Position numbers and translations under genes: made by a program. From Patescibacteria group bacterium (GTDB lineage: Bacteria > Patescibacteriota > UBA1384 > XYA2-FULL-43-10): a DNA stretch of 32,000 bases. Numbering within the stretch: the stretch's first letter is position 1; each line of letters begins with the position of its first letter. The stretch covers positions 119,611 through 151,610 of the forward strand of contig JBAYVT010000004.1 of assembly GCA_041674405.1 (NCBI GenBank), written 5' to 3'. Shown one piece after another: positions 9,219 through 16,353 of the stretch. The notes beneath the pieces are model-generated. The model made no database searches, had not been told where the DNA came from, and was given only the letters and a program-made list of their open reading frames with translations.

Positions 9219-10440
9219 AATCACTTACTATTTTGCCCTTATCGTAATTGTCTTTATTCCATTTCAGACCCCGATTCAAAATTTTCTTGAAAAGAGGCTT
9301 TCTCCAAGCCTGTCTTTTTGGCTAACACATTTTTATGAGCCAGTAATTATTTTCCTGCTAATTTTTGCCATCATATCAAATGTCGCCAGGAAAGATTTCT
9401 CAAACTGGAAAGCCAAAATTCCGCCTATTCTTTTGGTTTTTTTAGGGCTTGCATCAGTTTTTTTTATTGCAACTGGTTTTAGCCGTGGCCTGCAGGGATT
9501 TCGGTTTGATTTTATCGGGGTCCTGTTTTTTCTCATATGTTCAGTTGCATTGATGCAAAAAGCAGAGAAAAAAACGTTAATTTCAGCCTATATATTCGTT
9601 GCTCTCATAGCTTCCGTCTGGGCAATCATTGAGCGGTTTCTTCCCTTAAACTACTGGCAGTTGCTTGGGGTGCCAAGCTTTGGCTGGGGGACATTTACCG
9701 TCGTTTCTGTCTATCAAAGCTCGGCTTTCCTACCTGGACCAAATCAGCTTGGAAGCTACTTATTGCCTGCAGTTTTCTTGCTTATCTTAAACAAGCCGGA
9801 ATTTTTCAAAGAGGGGATTTTGTCAAAAATCACAAGAGCCGTTGGATCAATCTTGCTCATATCGGCGATTGTTCTTACATTCTCAAGGGCTGCTCTTGTC
9901 GGATTAATTCTTGGGGTGGTTGCTTATATTATATTTATTGAAAAAAGCAGAAAAAGGCAGGCCTTATATGCAGTAATTCTGCTTGCGGTAGTGGCAATTA
10001 TGGCTAGTTATTATCTTTCAGGAGGCAGAGAAGCCAGAGATCTCTTTACCCACGGGAGTTCCCAAGCAGAGCATGAGACTGCGCTTTCGTCTTCACTTAC
10101 TGAAATAGGCCGCCGATTTTCCGAACCTTTCAAATTGACATTTGGTTCGGGAATCGGAGATGCTGGGCCTGCGGCTTTAAAGTATGCTGATGGTTTTATC
10201 TCTGAGTCTTGGTATATCCAGCTTCTTCTCGAGCTTGGAATCATCGGCCTCGCCTTGTGGCTATATTTCATTTTTGTTACACTGATCAGGCTTTATCGCG
10301 ACAAGAATGCAGGATTGTTTTTAGGCTTAATATCAGTTTCTGGCGTGGCAATTTTTCTTCACACCTGGGCTGACAATCCGGCAGTAGCGATTACGATTTT
10401 TATTTTAATCGGGAGTTATCTATATGAGAATTCTAATTGA
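9196..10440 (+). CDS. O-antigen ligase/polymerase-like membrane protein, paralogue 3
   Basis: 414-aa polytopic ORF. Contains TFSRAALVGLILG and ..ESWYIQLLLELGIIGL... Overlaps paralogue 2 by 23 nt. Confidence 0.65.
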   Translation: MPKKILDKITYYFALIVIVFIPFQTPIQNFLEKRLSPSLSFWLTHFYEPVIIFLLIFAIISNVARKDFSNWKAKIPPILLVFLGLASVFFIATGFSRGLQGFRFDFIGVLFFLICSVALMQKAEKKTLISAYIFVALIASVWAIIERFLPLNYWQLLGVPSFGWGTFTVVSVYQSSAFLPGPNQLGSYLLPAVFLLILNKPEFFKEGILSKITRAVGSILLISAIVLTFSRAALVGLILGVVAYIIFIEKSRKRQALYAVILLAVVAIMASYYLSGGREARDLFTHGSSQAEHETALSSSLTEIGRRFSEPFKLTFGSGIGDAGPAALKYADGFISESWYIQLLLELGIIGLALWLYFIFVTLIRLYRDKNAGLFLGLISVSGVAIFLHTWADNPAVAITIFILIGSYLYENSN

Positions 10441-11557
10441 TGGGCGCTTTATTGGCGTGGGCGAATCTATCTCCCGCTACACGCTTGAAATAGTTCAAGG
10501 CATCTTAAAATTGGATCAAGAGCACGAATACACTCTCTTAATCCGCCCGCAAGGCGAAAAGTTTATAGCTGACAACTTACAGCTGAAAGCTAAAAATTTT
10601 CGTACAAAAGTTTTAGATATTCCTCACTACAGCTTCAAAGAGCAAACAGAGCTTCTCAAATATTTAAATTCTGAAAAATTTGATCTTGTGCACTTTACCC
10701 AATTTAACCATCCGATTCGTTACAAAGGAAATTATGTGATCTCGGTGCATGACCTAACCCTTCTTGGGCATCTGCATCGCATGAATATTGTAAAAAGGCT
10801 GGGGTTTCGGGCTGTTATGAAGTCGGCAATAATGGATTCAAGAAAAATTATTACAATTTCGAACACAACCAAGGACGATCTTGTTGAAACATATAGGATT
10901 GATCCGGACAAAATTGCTATTACATACCTCGGCGTTGACAACAAGTATAATTCAAATTTCAAATCTCAATCCGCCAGCTGGCGGACAAAAATTAGGGATT
11001 TTAAAGAAAAGTATAAGACGGGAGAGAAATACATTCTCTATACAGGAATGTGGAAGCGGCACAAGAATCTTCTGCGTATGTTCGATGCTTTCGAGCGAGC
11101 GAAACTTTCTGATGTAAAGCTTGTGCTGGTCGGCAAAATTGATAAAGAAGAGCCGGAAATCTTGAAACGAATTGATGAAATCAATTCCAAGCAAAAAATT
11201 ATTGTAACGACCGGATTTGTTGAGGAGGAGGAACTTCCCATTGCTTATGCTGGGGCAGTAGCTTATTGCATTCCCTCGCTCTCCGAGGGGTTCGGCCTTC
11301 CACCACTCGAGGCAATGGCTTGTGGTACGCCTGTAATTTCTTCAGCAGTATCGGCGATGCCGGAAATTCTCGGCAAGGCGGCGTTCTACTTCGACCCGTA
11401 CGATATTGAAGATATGTCGATGGCGATGAAAACAATCGTCGAAGATGAAAAATTGCAAAAAGAACTATCGCAAAAGGGGTTGAAGTGGGTAGCGCGCTAC
11501 GATTGGGAGAAGACCGCAAAAGAAACTCTGGATGTGTACAAAAGTTTATTGAAATAA
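10424..11557 (+). CDS. Family-4 (GT-B, Glycos_transf_1) glycosyltransferase
   Basis: Starts MRILIDGR. The C-terminal [18 protein letters not shown] motif (E-x7-E type) is diagnostic of GT4. GGGAG lies 9-13 nt upstream of the ATG. Confidence 0.85.
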   Translation: MRILIDGRFIGVGESISRYTLEIVQGILKLDQEHEYTLLIRPQGEKFIADNLQLKAKNFRTKVLDIPHYSFKEQTELLKYLNSEKFDLVHFTQFNHPIRYKGNYVISVHDLTLLGHLHRMNIVKRLGFRAVMKSAIMDSRKIITISNTTKDDLVETYRIDPDKIAITYLGVDNKYNSNFKSQSASWRTKIRDFKEKYKTGEKYILYTGMWKRHKNLLRMFDAFERAKLSDVKLVLVGKIDKEEPEILKRIDEINSKQKIIVTTGFVEEEELPIAYAGAVAYCIPSLSEGFGLPPLEAMACGTPVISSAVSAMPEILGKAAFYFDPYDIEDMSMAMKTIVEDEKLQKELSQKGLKWVARYDWEKTAKETLDVYKSLLK

Positions 11558-11566
11558 TTGTTCTCA

Positions 11567-11606
11567 TAAACGCGAAAACGCCGCAGATCGTACTGATCCG
11601 CGGCGT
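11567..11606 (-). terminator. Intrinsic terminator of the block-A operon
   Basis: Minus strand reads ACGCCGCGGATCagtacGATCTGCGGCGT (11578-11606) followed by TTTTCGCGTTTA, that is, a GC stem plus a U-rich tail. It lies 27 nt after the lipoprotein stop. Confidence 0.7.
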
Positions 11607-11632
11607 CCTCGGTGATACCCTCCATGGCGTGT

Positions 11633-12367
11633 CTACTTCTTGGGGCTTGTCCTCGCCAAGTCCGCGTTGTAGACCCGTTCGATGGCTTGGCTGTCCGCTT
11701 CGCCGTCTCGGATGTTGATTTCCTTCGGCCAGGGCTTTATCTTCCAGTGATTGCCCTGGTAGCCGTCGGAGATGGCCAGCCAAAGGTGCTCGCCCTGGCG
11801 AATGCCCATCGGGTAGTTGGGTCCAGCCAGCGCCAGGTCCTCCCATACAGCATCCGAGAGCTTCTGCTCGACTTCCAGCTTGATGCCGTCGAGAGTTCCC
11901 GAACCGATGACCAGACTTTGCTGCCTCCCGAGATGATGTAGCACAACGGTGACTTGGCCTTCTGGATTGTTGGGGGGCGGCAGCGGAGTGCCGGGCGCTA
12001 CCCCGGGGACCGCCGTGTTGCTGACCGGAGTGATGGTGATTTCGGTGTACTGCACGCCATCACTCGAGGTGGTGCCCACGGGGTAAATCTTGACCGAAGG
12101 CACATTCCAGATCTCCATGAGCCCCTGCATCACAGGGCCAAGGTTCGTCCAGTTCGGGTCTCTGGTGGCGAATAGCGCCATTCCTTCGTTGTAGTCAAGG
12201 AGACCGCTTGCCCCGTGATGCGTGACGTCGTTCAGGTTCTCGATCTTGTGCAAGGACGATGCCGACATCGCTGTGGTAGACGCGGTGTTGCTGCCGGTAT
12301 TGGTGCAGCCGGCAATCAACAACGCTAGCAGCAGAATCACGAGCAAAGACAACGGAACGTTTCTCAC
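11633..12367 (-). CDS. Lipoprotein of unknown function (paralogue of the 12525-13322 product)
   Basis: GGGAGGG, then ATTCTT, then GTG at 12367. The N-terminus (M)RNVPLSLLVILLLALLIAGC is a signal peptide plus lipobox (L-I-A-G-C). The GC-rich third codon positions agree with this frame. Confidence 0.75.
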   Translation of the reverse strand: MRNVPLSLLVILLLALLIAGCTNTGSNTASTTAMSASSLHKIENLNDVTHHGASGLLDYNEGMALFATRDPNWTNLGPVMQGLMEIWNVPSVKIYPVGTTSSDGVQYTEITITPVSNTAVPGVAPGTPLPPPNNPEGQVTVVLHHLGRQQSLVIGSGTLDGIKLEVEQKLSDAVWEDLALAGPNYPMGIRQGEHLWLAISDGYQGNHWKIKPWPKEINIRDGEADSQAIERVYNADLARTSPKK

Positions 12368-12524
12368 AAGAATCCCTCCCAAAGTTTCAGCCCCGCCTTG
12401 GAGGCGGGCTGTATGGCTGCGGAATCAGAATATCCGAGCGGGCTGCCCCGCACCACATGAGTGGGGGACGGCACCGCTTGGTGCTAGCCTCAATGAGACT
12501 AACCAAGCACAAGTTGTAGGGTTC

Positions 12525-13322
12525 CTAGTCCGGCTGGCCCTTGGGGTCGTACCGCGGCGTCGACGGGGGTTGTGCCGCGAACTGGACCTCGGCGTGCTCA
12601 GTTGCGAGCTTGTTGCCTTTGGTATCCAGATTCGACCAGGTGATCTTGGCGTAGACCGCCTTGACACCCCAGTACGCCTTGAGGTCTCTGACGGCATCCC
12701 CGAAACCCGCAAGCTGGGGATCCTGGGAGACCCAGTCAGCAAAGCGCGTACTGAGCGTCTTGCCGTCTACGAAGCTGAATCCGCCCTGGGACAAGCTCTT
12801 GTCTGCGATCAGCGCTTGCCGATCATGGGTTGCGAGCTTGGATTCCAGGTTGGACTCGGCCACTGATGCCAGAAAGGCCCTCTCGATAGCCTCGGGGTAC
12901 GTCTCGGTCAGGCCGACCTTGACCTTCTCTGGCCACGAGCAGAGGTTCCAGGTGGGATCGCCCATCCGCCAGACGGAAACCTCGGCGAACCAGAACTGGT
13001 CACCCCTAACGATCCCAAGACCCGAGTACGCCCAGTGTTCCATGTCCTTGTTGACCTTCGCCAAGATCGACTTGTCGCCGATCGTGAGCGAAAGGCCGTC
13101 CAGCGTGGCCGGGGAATTCATGGTTTCCCTGGTGCCAAACTTGTACAGCACCAGAGTCACCGGACCATCGGGGTTGTCAGCCGGCCGAGTGCTTGCCGGC
13201 ATCTCGGGGACGACCTTGAGGGTCACTTCGGGAGCCTCAGCCTTTTCGGTCGTGCAGCCGGGCATCCAGACTACCATCATGACAGCGATCGCGGTCATGA
13301 TGAACTTCAGAATATGCTTCAC
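12525..13322 (-). CDS. Lipoprotein of unknown function (paralogue of the 11633-12367 product)
   Basis: GGAGGG, then ATTCCC, then GTG at 13322. The N-terminus (M)KHILKFIMTAIAVMMVVWMPGC is a signal peptide plus a lipobox-like M-P-G-C. It shares the block VT-VL..G..TLDG..L....GI..G..W.A.S...WP.......AIER with the downstream lipoprotein. Confidence 0.7.
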   Translation of the reverse strand: MKHILKFIMTAIAVMMVVWMPGCTTEKAEAPEVTLKVVPEMPASTRPADNPDGPVTLVLYKFGTRETMNSPATLDGLSLTIGDKSILAKVNKDMEHWAYSGLGIVRGDQFWFAEVSVWRMGDPTWNLCSWPEKVKVGLTETYPEAIERAFLASVAESNLESKLATHDRQALIADKSLSQGGFSFVDGKTLSTRFADWVSQDPQLAGFGDAVRDLKAYWGVKAVYAKITWSNLDTKGNKLATEHAEVQFAAQPPSTPRYDPKGQPD

Positions 13323-13463
13323 GGGAATCCCTCCATGGTAGTCAGTCACGCTTGGGGGCGTGCTGTTGTTGTCGGATAGCAATCTCCGAGCGGGATGGCG
13401 CCAATCGCGAAGATTGAAGCGCCGACTCCGCTTGGGCCGACCAAAGTCGGTTTGGGCTCAATT

Positions 13464-13568
13464 CTACTTGTGGCTAAGCATCATGTGGCAAATCGCTCCG
13501 ATGAAGAGGAGTAGGCCACCGGTGCCAGCAACCAGCAGGTCATTTATTACATGCATTACTGCGTCCAT
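13464..13568 (-). CDS. 34-aa hydrophobic small membrane peptide
   Basis: Not in the ORF track because it is too short. AGGAGGAG lies 7 nt upstream of the ATG at 13568. Translation is MDAVMHVINDLLVAGTGGLLLFIGAICHMMLSHK with stop TAG at 13464-13466, which gives one predicted TM helix. Confidence 0.55.
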   Translation of the reverse strand: MDAVMHVINDLLVAGTGGLLLFIGAICHMMLSHK

Positions 13569-13672
13569 GTGTGTGCTCCTCCTGTACTGTAATCATTCGA
13601 GCAGTCTCGCTCGGCACCCTTGTGGGATGCTGAGCGGGAACTGCGCAAGTGAATGCGCGTGATGGCCAAGGG

Positions 13673-14086
13673 CTAGCCCCAGCCGTCCAAAACCGGGAAA
13701 GTGTAGGTCGCGATGACCTTGCCATCCTTGTGTGCGATGGCAGTGCACATGCCAGGCGCCTGGAAGACCCAGTTCTTGCCTGTTGGGAGGATGATGGCCC
13801 CCTTGCCATCCGTCCCCTCGGTGACCGTGATCTGCGCATCGACGCCCCCCTGGGGGCTCGGCGTGCCGATCTCCCTTGAGGCGACTACGTAGAAGTCGGT
13901 AGGGACTGTGATGGCCGTCTCGGTCGCCGGGCGCCAGACGTGATCTGTGGAGGCCCAGATCTGCATCTGGATGTGATACTGGGGAGCTGTCGGCATGGGG
14001 CTGCCGCCACCGGCGCAGCCGGCGAGCACGACAGTCAGGAGTACGGCAATCACGAACCAGCAAAACGACGAAATCTGCTTCAACAT
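13673..14086 (-). CDS. Small lipoprotein of unknown function
   Basis: GGGAGGG, then TTTCAA, then ATG at 14086. The N-terminus MLKQISSFCWFVIAVLLTVVLAGCAGGG is a signal peptide plus a classical L-A-G-C lipobox. The track ORF start at 14167 is an upstream over-extension. Confidence 0.75.
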   Translation of the reverse strand: MLKQISSFCWFVIAVLLTVVLAGCAGGGSPMPTAPQYHIQMQIWASTDHVWRPATETAITVPTDFYVVASREIGTPSPQGGVDAQITVTEGTDGKGAIILPTGKNWVFQAPGMCTAIAHKDGKVIATYTFPVLDGWG

Positions 14087-14157
14087 TTGAAACCCTCCCG
14101 GGGTAGTGGTATGGCGCGCGCAAGCGCAGCGCCTATTGTTACTCAAGGTAACCGAAC

Positions 14158-14186
14158 AATATAACATAAAATATAAGAAATGTCAA
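14158..14186 (-). promoter_or_regulatory. Sigma-70-type promoter facing the block-A operon
   Basis: Minus strand reads TTGACA (14186-14181), a 17-nt spacer, then TATATT (14163-14158). It lies in AT-rich sequence just outside the GC-rich block, about 65 nt upstream of the first lipoprotein ATG. Confidence 0.6.
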
Positions 14187-14249
14187 TATTGTTGAGCGTG
14201 GTTAGATGTGCTAATCTTACGCTGTAACAGCTAGATTGATAGGAGAATT

Positions 14250-15953
14250 ATGAACATGATCCTCGTTTTTGCGCCAATAGCGGCAGCTTTGATCTCGGTA
14301 CTATTCGGGCTTGTCACGCTTATCCGTGCAGGCAACTCTCATGTTAGTAACAAAAAAATCCTCGATGCCGGAAAAGATGTCGAAAAAAAGGTTCGCTCCT
14401 ATATCAGCCGTGAATTTAATGTACTTGCGGTTTCGGTGGTGATTTTATTCGTAATATTGCTCTATTTGCTCGGTTGGAAGATCAGCCTTACTTTTCTCGC
14501 AGGTGCCGTCATCACGATTGCGGTCAATCTTACAAATTCAATTCTATTTGCACGGGCTTATTCACGCATTGTTGAGGATACGCGCTCAAACCAAATCAAC
14601 GCTGCAAATATTATATTTACTCTTTCCGGAGCTTCGTCTTTGTTTGCATTCGGAGCGGCTCTTGTTGCAAGTGTTATAACTTATGTATTATCTGGAGACT
14701 TTGTTTTTCTGCTTTCACTCACTTTGGGCGCGATTTTGGTTGAAATTATCTCAAAACTGCGATTTCACGGGATTTCAGATAAAAACACCGAAAAAATCGA
14801 GATAAATGAGAACGATCACACCTCCGGAGGACTTATCGGCGCGGTTGCCGGAGTATCCGCGGCAGGCGTTTATTTTATCTCAAACTTATATTCAGGAACT
14901 GAAAACTCGGTGTATTTATCTTTCCTTATTCTGGGGTTGGGGGCCATTGCAATGCTAATAGGCGTACTTATCACAAGATTCCGAACCGACATGAAGCTGG
15001 GCCGGCTTATGCTCACATTCCTTATAATTCCCTCGGTGTTGATTCTGGTAGGATCATATTTTGCTGTATCTTGGTTGATTTATGGAGAAGGCTTACATGC
15101 CACGATCAATCTATCGGTTTCTGCACTCGCTGGCCTGATCGCAGCATTCATGCTGTATATATCCGGCTATTTCATCTCTCAAAAATATCGCCTTCACGGC
15201 GAAAATTATATCCTAATTTCAAATGTAATCTCGATTGTTCTCGCCATCGCTGCAATTTTGGGCATCTATACCCTAAATGGATATGCTGGAGTTTCAGTAT
15301 TCGCGCTGGCCCTGTCAGCTTTTCTTATCCCAATGATGTCGCAATCACGTATGCTTTCAACAAGTAGTAATGCCGAGTTTGTAAGAGCCATTTCTGGCAT
15401 TGAAATGGAGACAGACAAGATCAAGGGTGCGTATGACTCAACAAATGTCTTTCGCAGAAGTTTGGCAGACTACCCGTTTTATCTAGCTATCATTGTAAAT
15501 TTACTCCTCTTTTGGGTGTTTATTGGTAGAATGGGGAGCAGTATGCTTTCCGCAAATTTATCCGATCCTTACCTTATTGCCGGAATCGTCCTCGGGGGAT
15601 TGGCTGCATATGTACTTGCTATGAATCTATCTGGTTGGGTAAAACAGGGAATAATCGTGCCGATCGCTATCCTTTTAGCCCTTCCGGCTCTATCTGGACT
15701 ACTTTTGGGTGCCAGCATGTCATTCGGGGCAGTGATTGGCTATGTTGTCGTAGCGTTGATTTTGGCGGCGATCAATGATCGGGTCTCGATCAGTGTGAGT
15801 TCCATCGGGTTGATTCTGGGTGCGACATTATTTTCATCGCTAATTAAAATGGCTCCAAGTTTGCGTTTGAAACTCATAATCGGAATTGCTCTAGTCGTAT
15901 TGATCCTGGTCTATGTTGTAATGTCTCGAATGACAAAAAAGGAAGCTAAATGA
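14250..15953 (+). CDS. Polytopic membrane protein related to membrane-bound pyrophosphatases (M-PPase/HppA family) but apparently lacking the catalytic acidic motifs
   Basis: AGGAG lies 6 nt upstream of the ATG. The 567-aa product has about 14-16 hydrophobic segments. From memory of Thermotoga M-PPase, several blocks align: GWKISLTFLAGAVITIA..FARAYSRIVEDTR vs TWQTGVAFLLGAVMSA..ATRANVRVAEAAR; GVSVFALALSAF..ISGIEM vs GVAIAALGMLSF..GGISEM; and PALSGLLLGASMSFGAVIGYVV vs PLVTGFLLGAEFVGGVLIGTVL. I cannot find the GGG-x-x-TKAADVGADLVGK, DNVGDNVGD, DSYGPIADNAGG or GDTVGDP motifs. Confidence 0.5.
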   Translation: MNMILVFAPIAAALISVLFGLVTLIRAGNSHVSNKKILDAGKDVEKKVRSYISREFNVLAVSVVILFVILLYLLGWKISLTFLAGAVITIAVNLTNSILFARAYSRIVEDTRSNQINAANIIFTLSGASSLFAFGAALVASVITYVLSGDFVFLLSLTLGAILVEIISKLRFHGISDKNTEKIEINENDHTSGGLIGAVAGVSAAGVYFISNLYSGTENSVYLSFLILGLGAIAMLIGVLITRFRTDMKLGRLMLTFLIIPSVLILVGSYFAVSWLIYGEGLHATINLSVSALAGLIAAFMLYISGYFISQKYRLHGENYILISNVISIVLAIAAILGIYTLNGYAGVSVFALALSAFLIPMMSQSRMLSTSSNAEFVRAISGIEMETDKIKGAYDSTNVFRRSLADYPFYLAIIVNLLLFWVFIGRMGSSMLSANLSDPYLIAGIVLGGLAAYVLAMNLSGWVKQGIIVPIAILLALPALSGLLLGASMSFGAVIGYVVVALILAAINDRVSISVSSIGLILGATLFSSLIKMAPSLRLKLIIGIALVVLILVYVVMSRMTKKEAK

Positions 15954-16183
15954 GTATGCCAGAAGAATCAAAAACGACAACATTTACCCTTGATCGCTTC
16001 GAGGGAAGCAAAGCGATCTTGATCGGCGAACATGAGGAGGTCATTGTTCCCAAGAAAATTGTTCCCAAAGGTGTAGGCGAGGGTGATATAGTGCATCTCA
16101 CCTTGTCGTCCGATGAATTCGAGACCAAAAAACGCGAGAAAACCGCCAAAGAAATTTTGAATGAGATACTGAACCAAAAATAA
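15950..16183 (+). CDS. DUF3006-family small protein
   Basis: 77 aa. FTLDRFEGSKAILIGEHEEVIVPKKIVPKGVGEGDIVHLTL matches the DUF3006 pattern (DRFEG..AVL....E..VP...LP....EGD). ATGA overlap with the upstream gene. Confidence 0.7.
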   Translation: MSMPEESKTTTFTLDRFEGSKAILIGEHEEVIVPKKIVPKGVGEGDIVHLTLSSDEFETKKREKTAKEILNEILNQK

Positions 16184-16353
16184 CCATGGCTTACTGGTAA
16201 ATAATTTAGTATTATCGGAATAGAAAACAAAAACAGAACTACACTATTGATAGAGATTGCTTCGTTGCAAGCTCCTCGACCCAGGGGGTCCCCTTGGGGG
16301 CAATGACAAAAAGGGTTCTCAACGGGCTCGAACTAAAGGGTATTTTAAGCTAT

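Larger units (their letters stand above)
11571..14134. other. GC-rich compositional block A
   Basis: There is an abrupt visual change from about 40% GC to about 60-70% GC; for example, 12541-12600 counts 42/60 G+C. The edges fall within a few nt of the GT4 stop (11557) and at 14134/14135. Confidence 0.8.

Noticed and set aside
11199-14123. Multiple long ORFs in block A in other frames or strands (11199-11846, 11612-11941, 12222-12866, 12425-12742, 12661-13341, 13035-13379, 13540-13839, 13593-14123)
   Set aside because: All overlap the three lipoprotein frames, and one runs antisense into the GT4 gene. Their products are Arg/Pro/Gly-rich and low-complexity, and they lack SDs. Only the lipoprotein frames have an SD, a signal peptide and a lipobox.
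11567-14186. Block A as a prophage, transposon or integrative element
   Set aside because: I could recognise no integrase, transposase, recombinase, terminal inverted repeats or adjacent tRNA. Only a short imperfect direct repeat is present, so I report it as a compositional island of unknown mobility rather than as a mobile element.
16275-16300. GC-rich palindromic cluster CCCAGGGGGTCCCCTTGGGGG upstream of the VanW gene, considered as a terminator or riboswitch
   Set aside because: The possible stems have loops that are too short (0-2 nt), and no U-tract follows. It overlaps possible alternative start codons. The evidence is insufficient for any call.
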